Assembly: GCA_045627385.1 (NCBI GenBank)
Contig: JAZQNO010000025.1
Location: forward strand, 81,997-145,996
DNA from: Bacteroidales bacterium
Lineage (GTDB): Bacteria > Bacteroidota > Bacteroidia > Bacteroidales > UBA1402
DNA: 64,000 nucleotides
Direction: 5' to 3'
Under the pieces are notes generated by a model. It saw nothing but the letters and a program-made list of their open reading frames with translations. It did no database searches and had not been told where the DNA came from. The translations under genes and the position numbers were made by a program. Positions 57,898 through 64,000 of this stretch are shown here, in pieces. Position 1 is the stretch's first letter. Every line of letters begins with the position of its first letter.

Positions 57898-57948
57898 CAT
57901 AAAATTTGAATATTTAGCGTAAGAATCGCATATAAATTAAATTTTATC

Positions 57949-58992
57949 ATGGCAAAAATGAATTTTGGCGGTGTCATTGAAAATGTTGTGACCCGCGAAG
58001 AGTTTACACTGGCTAAGGCCCGCGAAATTTTGAAAGACGAAACCATTGCAGTCATCGGTTACGGTGTGCAGGGTCCCGGTCAGTCTCAGAACCTGCGTGA
58101 CAACGGTTTTCGCGTGATTGTCGGTCAGCGTCCCGGCAAGACCTACGACAAGGCTGTCGCCGACGGTTGGAAACCCGGCGAAACGCTGTTCGGCATTGAA
58201 GAAGCCTGCCAGAAGGGCAGCATCATCATGTGTCTGCTTTCCGACGCGGCCGTCATGTCGGTATGGCCCACCATCAAACCTTATCTGACCGCCGGAAAGG
58301 CACTTTATTTCTCCCACGGTTTCGCCATCACTTGGAACGACCGCACCGGTTGCGTTCCTCCCGCAGATATCGACGTCATCATGGTGGCCCCCAAGGGATC
58401 GGGCACCTCGCTTCGCACGATGTTCCTCGAAGGCCGTGGCCTGAATTCCTCCTATGCCGTCTATCAGGATGTGACCGGCAAGGCTATGGACCGCACCCTG
58501 GCACTGGGTATCGGCATCGGCTCGGGTTATATGTTCGAGACCACATTCCAGCGCGAGGCCACTTCCGACCTTACCGGCGAACGCGGTTCTCTGATGGGTG
58601 CCATCCAGGGACTGCTGCTGGCCCAGTACGAAGTGCTCCGCGAGAACGGACACACTCCCTCGGAAGCTTTCAACGAGACCGTCGAAGAACTCACCCAGAG
58701 CCTTGGACCGCTCTTCGCCCAGAAAGGCATGGACTGGATGTACGCCAACTGCTCGACCACTGCCCAGCGCGGCGCTCTCGACTGGATGGGTCCCTTCCAC
58801 GACGCCATCAAGCCGGTTGTCGAAAAACTCTATGCCAGCGTCAAGTGCGGCAATGAAGCACAGATATCCATCGACAGCAATTCCAAGCCCGATTATCGTG
58901 TCGGCCTTGAGAAGGAACTGCAGGCTCTCCGCGAAAGCGAGATGTGGCAGGCCGGCGCTGTCGTCCGCAAACTCCGTCCCGAAAACAACTGA
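57949..58992 (+). CDS. ilvC: ketol-acid reductoisomerase (class I)
   Basis: 347 aa with the GYGVQGPGQSQNLRDNG nucleotide fold. Confidence 0.95.
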   Translation: MAKMNFGGVIENVVTREEFTLAKAREILKDETIAVIGYGVQGPGQSQNLRDNGFRVIVGQRPGKTYDKAVADGWKPGETLFGIEEACQKGSIIMCLLSDAAVMSVWPTIKPYLTAGKALYFSHGFAITWNDRTGCVPPADIDVIMVAPKGSGTSLRTMFLEGRGLNSSYAVYQDVTGKAMDRTLALGIGIGSGYMFETTFQREATSDLTGERGSLMGAIQGLLLAQYEVLRENGHTPSEAFNETVEELTQSLGPLFAQKGMDWMYANCSTTAQRGALDWMGPFHDAIKPVVEKLYASVKCGNEAQISIDSNSKPDYRVGLEKELQALRESEMWQAGAVVRKLRPENN

Positions 58993-59006
58993 TTTAACGA
59001 ATTTTG

Positions 59007-59051
59007 CAGCCGGTACAGCTTTTTTATGGGTTGTACCGGCTGTTTTGTTTT
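59007..59051 (+). terminator. rho-independent terminator after ilvC
   Basis: A perfect 11-bp stem CAGCCGGTACA...TGTACCGGCTG is followed by TTTTGTTTT. Confidence 0.8.
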
Positions 59052-59099
59052 CAAATAGCCGTATTTTTGAGAACTGATTACAGATAAATTCTGCTGAAA

Positions 59100-59867
59100 A
59101 TGAAACGGATTGTTCTGCCTTTGCTGTTGGGCCTGTACTGCCTGTCCCTGACGGCTGCCGATTTCGAGCCCGAGTATCGGATGGGCTTCAAGGCCAGCCT
59201 GCGTGAATCGGTCAACAACTCTTTCTACCAATATTTCGAATATCCCGAAATCAGGGAAGACCTGGTCGTGAAAAAACGTTCGCGCCGTCAGATCGTGCAG
59301 TACGACTACGGAGAAGAAGCGCGCCAGGGCAGGGTGACAGTCCTTTTCAGCGTCTATCGAGGCGGCCGTATCACACGCATACAGGTGGTCAAAGGGCTCT
59401 GCCCCGAAATAGACCGCGAAGTGCGCCGTGCCATGAAGTCGGTCGCCTACGACCTCAGACTGGACGACCGTTTCAACGATGCGGAATACATCCAGAGCTT
59501 CTACATCAGTCCCGACGGCCGGAAGCGTACGGAAGTGCTGCGTGAGGAAAAAGTCTACATCAAAGCCGAAGAGCCGGCTGTTCCTCAGGGCGGTCGGGAA
59601 GGTCTGTCGCAGTTTGTCCGCGATCATCTGGAGTATCCCCAGCGGGCATTGGAAAACAATCAGAGCGGAGTGGTCGAAACCAATTTTCTGATTGACGAAG
59701 AAGGAAATGTGGCTGCCGGGTTTGTCTATTGCAGCGGCAACTCCGATCTGGACCGCGCAGCTTTAAGGCTGGTGGCCGAAATGCCGCAGATGACGCCTGC
59801 CCGTCAAAACGGACAATCGGTCAAATCCTGGTGGACCTGGCCGATTGTGTTCAATGTTCGTCGGTAA
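59100..59867 (+). CDS. TonB C-terminal-domain protein
   Basis: 255 aa with a signal peptide and a C-terminal TonB_C-like region (PQGGREGLSQFVRDHLEYPQRALENNQSGVVETNFLIDEEGNV). Confidence 0.7.
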   Translation: MKRIVLPLLLGLYCLSLTAADFEPEYRMGFKASLRESVNNSFYQYFEYPEIREDLVVKKRSRRQIVQYDYGEEARQGRVTVLFSVYRGGRITRIQVVKGLCPEIDREVRRAMKSVAYDLRLDDRFNDAEYIQSFYISPDGRKRTEVLREEKVYIKAEEPAVPQGGREGLSQFVRDHLEYPQRALENNQSGVVETNFLIDEEGNVAAGFVYCSGNSDLDRAALRLVAEMPQMTPARQNGQSVKSWWTWPIVFNVRR

Positions 59868-59872
59868 ATCGC

Positions 59873-61096
59873 TTATTTCAACAAGGCCAAAGCCGCGCTG
59901 ATGCGTCTGACGGCCTCGACGATGTTCTCATCGCTGGTGGCATACGACAGACGGAAGCAATCGGGTGCGCCGAAGGCGGCTCCGCCGACGGTGGCCACAT
60001 GGCCCACTTCCAACAGATACATGGCCAGATCCAGCGCATTGCCGATGGTGCGGGCAGGCAGTTCATTGCCGTCGACCGTTCCGCCGGCAAACTTTTTTCC
60101 AAAATAAGAACTGCATTTGGGGAACACATAGAAAGCACCCTGCGGCTCGCGTACCTCCAGCCCGGGGATTTCGCGCATCAGCCTGACAATCAGATTGCGG
60201 CGGCGTTCAAAGGCCACACGCATGTCTTCCACGCACTGCTGGCTTCCGCTGTAGGCCATGCGGGCGGCTTCCTGAGCCACCGAGTTGGGGCCCGAGGTAT
60301 ATTGGCCCTGCAGCTTGCTGCAAGCCTTGGCAATCCAGAGGGGAGCGGCCAGCCAGCCGATGCGCCAACCGGTCATGGCGTAGGCTTTCGACACGCCGTT
60401 GATGATGATGACACGGTCGCGGATGCTCTCGAACTGGGCGATGCTTTCGTGATGACCTATATAGTTGATGTGTTCGTAGATTTCGTCGGAGATGATGAAG
60501 ACCTGGGGATGTCGCTCCAGCACCTCGGCCAGCGCCTTGAGCTCCTCACGGCTGTACACGCTGCCGGTCGGGTTCGAAGGCGAGCAGAGGATGAGAGCCT
60601 TGGTCTTGTCGGTGATGGCAGCTTCCAGTTGGGCGGCGCTCATCTTGAAGTCCTGCTCGATGCCGGCTTCGACGATGACGTTCTTGCCTTCGGCCAGTTT
60701 GACCATTTCCACATAGCTCACCCAGTAGGGGGCCGGAACGATGACTTCGTCGCCGGGATCGACCAGAGCCAGGATGGCGTTGCAGACACACTGCTTGGCA
60801 CCGTTGGCACACACGATCTGTGCCGGATCGAATTCCAGTCCGTTCTCGTTCTTCAGTTTCTTGCAGATGGCTTTGCGCAGGGCAGGGTAGCCGGGAACGG
60901 GAGAATAGAAGGAAAAGTTGCGGTCGATGGCCTCCTTGGCAGCCTGTTTGATGGCGTCAGGAGTGAAGAAATCCGGTTCGCCGACGCTCATGTTGATGAC
61001 ATCGATGCCTTGAGCTTTCAGTTCGCTGCTCTTTTGGGACATGGCCAGCGTCTCGGAAACGGCAAGACTGGCCAAACGCTTGGAAATAGGGTTCAT
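59873..61096 (-). CDS. class I PLP aminotransferase (aspartate aminotransferase-like)
   Basis: It has the PLP-lysine block SKAYAMTGWRIG. The start could be 61096 (MNPISKRL) or 61105. Confidence 0.88.
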   Translation of the reverse strand: MNPISKRLASLAVSETLAMSQKSSELKAQGIDVINMSVGEPDFFTPDAIKQAAKEAIDRNFSFYSPVPGYPALRKAICKKLKNENGLEFDPAQIVCANGAKQCVCNAILALVDPGDEVIVPAPYWVSYVEMVKLAEGKNVIVEAGIEQDFKMSAAQLEAAITDKTKALILCSPSNPTGSVYSREELKALAEVLERHPQVFIISDEIYEHINYIGHHESIAQFESIRDRVIIINGVSKAYAMTGWRIGWLAAPLWIAKACSKLQGQYTSGPNSVAQEAARMAYSGSQQCVEDMRVAFERRRNLIVRLMREIPGLEVREPQGAFYVFPKCSSYFGKKFAGGTVDGNELPARTIGNALDLAMYLLEVGHVATVGGAAFGAPDCFRLSYATSDENIVEAVRRISAALALLK

Positions 61097-61155
61097 AGCT
61101 TGCATTCTATAAAAAAATGGTCACATGCCCTGAGGCAAATAACCATTCCGTTTTG

Positions 61156-61229
61156 TAGCGAGGCTCGGGATTGAACCGAGGACCTCATGATTATGAATCA
61201 TGCGCTCTAACCAGCTGAGCTATCTCGCC
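61156..61229 (-). tRNA. tRNA with CAU anticodon (Met elongator, or Ile2 if lysidine-modified)
   Basis: The hand-folded cloverleaf has D stem GCTC/GAGC, anticodon stem CATGA/TCATG with loop TTCATAA, T arm CTCGG-TTCAATC-CCGAG and a 5-nt variable loop. The acceptor stem has G1-U72 and an A7/C66 mismatch. No CCA is encoded. Confidence 0.8.
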
Positions 61230-61258
61230 ATCATTGTTATGCTTTCTCAAAAGCGGTG

Positions 61259-61266
61259 CAAAGGTA
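61259..61266 (-). promoter_or_regulatory. -7 box (TACCTTTG on the minus strand) for the tRNA
   Basis: The plus strand reads CAAAGGTA, 30 nt upstream of the tRNA 5' end. Confidence 0.45.
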
Positions 61267-61395
61267 TGTGCTTTTATTGGATTAGGCAATAGCCTGAGCC
61301 TATTTTTTTTTAAACGCAAGCGGCACTTTTGGGACAATCCGTTTGCATGGAAAGGAAATAATGCCTATCTTGGGCAATAAAACATTACCGCTCCT

Positions 61396-61773
61396 ATGAA
61401 ACAGAAATTCACCGTCGAATACGGGCTCAAGAAGGGCTCGGTCCGCGTGCTTTGGACGCTCATCAGCACGGCTCACGGCCTGTCGGAATGGATGGCCGAC
61501 CGCGTCGAGTCACAAGACTCCATCTTCACGTTCACCTGGGGAAAAGGCCAGGAAAAGGCCGAGCTCATCGGCATGGAAGAAGAAAAGCGCGTCCGTTTCC
61601 GCTGGCTGCGCGAACCCAGGGAATCCTATTTCGAGATTGCGCTGGAAATGTCGGAACTCACTCATGAGATGTCGATCATCATTACCGATTTCGCCGAAGA
61701 AGACGAAAAGGACGACCTGATTCTCCTCTGGGATTCCGAAATCGAAAAACTGACCCGGAGAATGGGACTCTAG
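61396..61773 (+). CDS. START/SRPBCC-like small protein
   Basis: 125-aa ORF. The fold assignment is from memory of similar Bacteroidetes proteins. Confidence 0.55.
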   Translation: MKQKFTVEYGLKKGSVRVLWTLISTAHGLSEWMADRVESQDSIFTFTWGKGQEKAELIGMEEEKRVRFRWLREPRESYFEIALEMSELTHEMSIIITDFAEEDEKDDLILLWDSEIEKLTRRMGL

Positions 61774-61817
61774 CATTTTTTCATTAACTTCGCGGCCTTA
61801 AACGTGCAGGTCGGTCC

Positions 61818-63329
61818 ATGTTCCGTGTCAAGAGATTAAATACATTCGTACTGCAGAATTTCCTGCCCATCTTCGTGATGACCTTCTTCATCTGCAACTT
61901 CATCCTGGTGATGCAGTTGATATGGAGGGTGGCCGAACAGATCATGGGTAAAGGACTCTCCCTGACCGTATACCTCGAATTCCTCTATTACGCGTCGGCC
62001 CAGCTGCTGCCGACCACCCTGCCGCTGGCGGTGCTGCTGGCGGCACTGATGACCTTCGGCAACTTCGGCGAACGCTTCGAACTGCTGGCCATGAAAGCCG
62101 CCGGCGTGTCGCTCTACAAAATCATGCGTCCGCTCATCGTTTTCGTGGCCTTCATCTCGGTGGGCTCTTATTTCTTTCAAGACAAATATCTTCCCAAGGT
62201 CCAGGTGAAACTGCTGTCGCTGACGGCCTCCATGCAGCAGAAATCGCCCACTTTGTCCATTCCCGAAGGAGCCTTCTACTCCGAAATCGAGAACATGACC
62301 ATCTACGTCAAAGGCAAGGACCTCAAGCGCAAGTTGCTGAAGGACGTGATGATATACGATTTCTCCGAAGGCTTCGACAAAGTGTCCGTCACACTGGCCG
62401 ATTCGGCCCGCCTGCAGATGACCGAAGACAAGCTGAATCTGGTGCTGACCCTGTATCAGGGCGAGGCATTCAGCAATTTCGACAAACAGCAGGCCGGTAC
62501 CAAAAACATCCCTTACCGTCGCGAGATGTTCGCCTCCAAGACGGTTGTCATTCCCTTCGACGCCAATTTCAACCGCATGGACGAGTCGTACTACGGTTCC
62601 TCGCACATGAGCAAGAACACGCATCAGCTCCGTGTGGCCATCGACTCCATCGGCCATATCATCGACAGCGTGCAGACGCTGAAGAAGAACCAATATGTGG
62701 AGAAAGTCTACATGGGACGCGAAACCACTCCCAACCGCGTGCTCACCACGCGCGACTCCATCGAGACAGCTTCGACGGCCGTGGTCTTCACCCCCAACAC
62801 CGACAGCCTGTTCCTGTCGCTCTCCTACGACAAGGCCCGTTCGGTGGTGGCTTCAGCCGTCAAACGCGTGCAGTCGGCACGCTCAGAGTTCGAGTATCAG
62901 GAATCCACCCTGCAGCGCGACTATTTCAAGTTCCGCCGCAGCGGCATCGAATACTACAAGAAATTCTCGCTTTCCATCGCCTGCCTCATCTTCTTCTTCA
63001 TCGGGGCACCCCTGGGAGCCATCATCCGCAAGGGCGGCATCGGTATGCCGGCCGTGGTGTCCGTGGTGCTGTTCATCGCCTATTATCTCATCGATACGGC
63101 CGGTCAGAAACTCATCAAGAGCGGTGCCTGGTCGGCCCTGGCCGGCATGTCGCTGTCTTCGGCCGTGCTTTTGCCGCTGGGCATTTTCCTCACCTACAAG
63201 GCCGTCAACGACTCCGCCATCTTCAATCTGGATTCCTACATCAACTTCTTCAAAAAAATATTCAAACCGAAACTGATATACCGTTATCTGCGCCGGTGTT
63301 TCTATCATAAACTCCATCATGTCCAATAA
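61818..63329 (+). CDS. LptF/LptG-family permease (YjgP/YjgQ)
   Basis: 503 aa with TM clusters at the N and C termini and a large periplasmic middle domain. Confidence 0.8.
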   Translation: MFRVKRLNTFVLQNFLPIFVMTFFICNFILVMQLIWRVAEQIMGKGLSLTVYLEFLYYASAQLLPTTLPLAVLLAALMTFGNFGERFELLAMKAAGVSLYKIMRPLIVFVAFISVGSYFFQDKYLPKVQVKLLSLTASMQQKSPTLSIPEGAFYSEIENMTIYVKGKDLKRKLLKDVMIYDFSEGFDKVSVTLADSARLQMTEDKLNLVLTLYQGEAFSNFDKQQAGTKNIPYRREMFASKTVVIPFDANFNRMDESYYGSSHMSKNTHQLRVAIDSIGHIIDSVQTLKKNQYVEKVYMGRETTPNRVLTTRDSIETASTAVVFTPNTDSLFLSLSYDKARSVVASAVKRVQSARSEFEYQESTLQRDYFKFRRSGIEYYKKFSLSIACLIFFFIGAPLGAIIRKGGIGMPAVVSVVLFIAYYLIDTAGQKLIKSGAWSALAGMSLSSAVLLPLGIFLTYKAVNDSAIFNLDSYINFFKKIFKPKLIYRYLRRCFYHKLHHVQ

Positions 63330-64000
63330 CGAAGATTTGCATCTCGACACCGTCGAGGAGGCAGTTGCTGCCATAGCCAAGGGAGAAATCGTCATCGTCG
63401 TCGATGACGAAGACCGCGAGAATGAAGGCGATTTCATCACAGCCGCCCAACTGATCACCCCCGAAAAGGTCAATTTCATGGTAACCGAAGGCCGTGGCGT
63501 GCTCTGTGTGCCCATCACTGAAGAGCGCTGCCGGCAGCTGGAACTGGACAACCAGGTAAGCAACAACACTTCCCTGCTGGGCACACCCTTCACCATCACC
63601 GTCGACAAGATCGCAGGCTGCACCACAGGCGTTTCGGCCCACGACCGCGCCGAAACCATCCGCGCCTTGGCCGATCCCGACACCCGTCCCGAAGACCTGG
63701 CCCGCCCGGGCCACATCAATCCCTTGCATTCCAAGAGCAAGGGCGTGCTTCGCCGCGCCGGCCACACCGAGGCCGCCGTCGACCTCTGCCGTATGGCCGG
63801 ACTCCATCCGGCGGGCGTGCTCATCGAAGTGATGAACGAAGACGGCACGATGGCCCGACTGCCCCAACTGTGTGAGATAGCCCGCCGCTACGGTCTCAAA
63901 CTCATCACCATCAAAGACCTCATCGCCTATCGTCTCAAGGAAGAGTCCCTCGTGGAAATGGGTCCCAGCGTGCATCTCCCCACCAAATACGGCGATTTCC
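63319..64000 (+). CDS. ribBA: bifunctional DHBP synthase / GTP cyclohydrolase II (5' part; runs off the window end)
   Basis: Hand translation reads [43 protein letters not shown]..., ending in PTKYGDF. DHBP synthase blocks are present. It overlaps the lptF/G-like gene by 11 nt. Confidence 0.88.
   Translation, partial: MSNNEDLHLDTVEEAVAAIAKGEIVIVVDDEDRENEGDFITAAQLITPEKVNFMVTEGRGVLCVPITEERCRQLELDNQVSNNTSLLGTPFTITVDKIAGCTTGVSAHDRAETIRALADPDTRPEDLARPGHINPLHSKSKGVLRRAGHTEAAVDLCRMAGLHPAGVLIEVMNEDGTMARLPQLCEIARRYGLKLITIKDLIAYRLKEESLVEMGPSVHLPTKYGDF

Larger units (their letters stand above)
54390..57948. other. low-GC insert between ilvN and ilvC carrying two peptide/beta-propeller cassettes
   Basis: Hand counts on sampled 60-nt lines give 28-50% GC inside against about 55-60% in the flanking ilv genes. 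No recombinase gene is present. Confidence 0.7.

Noticed and set aside
61283-61311. A plus-strand terminator-like element: TAGGC...GCCTA (or AGGC-aata-GCCT) followed by T9.
   Set aside because: The stem is only 4-5 bp, and no plus-strand gene ends upstream of it (the aminotransferase and tRNA genes are on the minus strand). It is more likely an AT tract in the spacer between the tRNA promoter and the START-like gene's promoter.

Overview
This 64 kb window reads as chromosomal DNA from a Bacteroidales bacterium. That call rests on roughly 55-60% GC in the housekeeping genes, TAnnTTTG-type -7 promoter boxes, absent Shine-Dalgarno sites, and gene content (sulfonolipid genes, a GldH-like gene, a DUF5103-like gene). 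An Alistipes/Rikenellaceae-like origin is an inference only. Most of the window is densely packed housekeeping:
- perR-rubrerythrin, pepD, gdhA, secA, nth, alaX-like, pheS, tilS, iorAB
- the elongasome block purH-mreBCD-mrdA-rodA
- holB-PSP1-gldH-like, gap, miaA, rlmH, an aspartate-type aminotransferase, one tRNA(CAU), lptF/G and ribBA

Three regions stand out.
1. 4014-14195 is a tightly coupled ten-gene operon. A cysteate-acyltransferase-like alpha-oxoamine synthase and a cysteate-synthase-like enzyme (sulfonolipid head-group chemistry) are followed directly by a five-gene heterodisulfide-reductase-like Fe-S/flavin module with a membrane anchor. An SDR, a VOC protein and a thioredoxin-like lipoprotein complete it.
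2. The ilvD-ilvB-ilvN ... ilvC operon has a clear Val-rich leader-peptide attenuator upstream.
3. Between ilvN and ilvC lies a low-GC insert of about 3.5 kb. It carries two tandem cassettes, each a Cys-rich signal-anchored NVEAL-motif peptide (112/114 aa) followed 4 nt later by a beta-propeller-type lipoprotein of about 400 aa. The cassettes show mosaic 100%-identity blocks. This is my best candidate for an uncharacterised system.

I saw no CRISPR array, rRNA, transposase or integrase. Hairpin and box coordinates were counted by hand and may be off by 1-2 nt. No database search was possible, so all family names come from motif recognition and memory.
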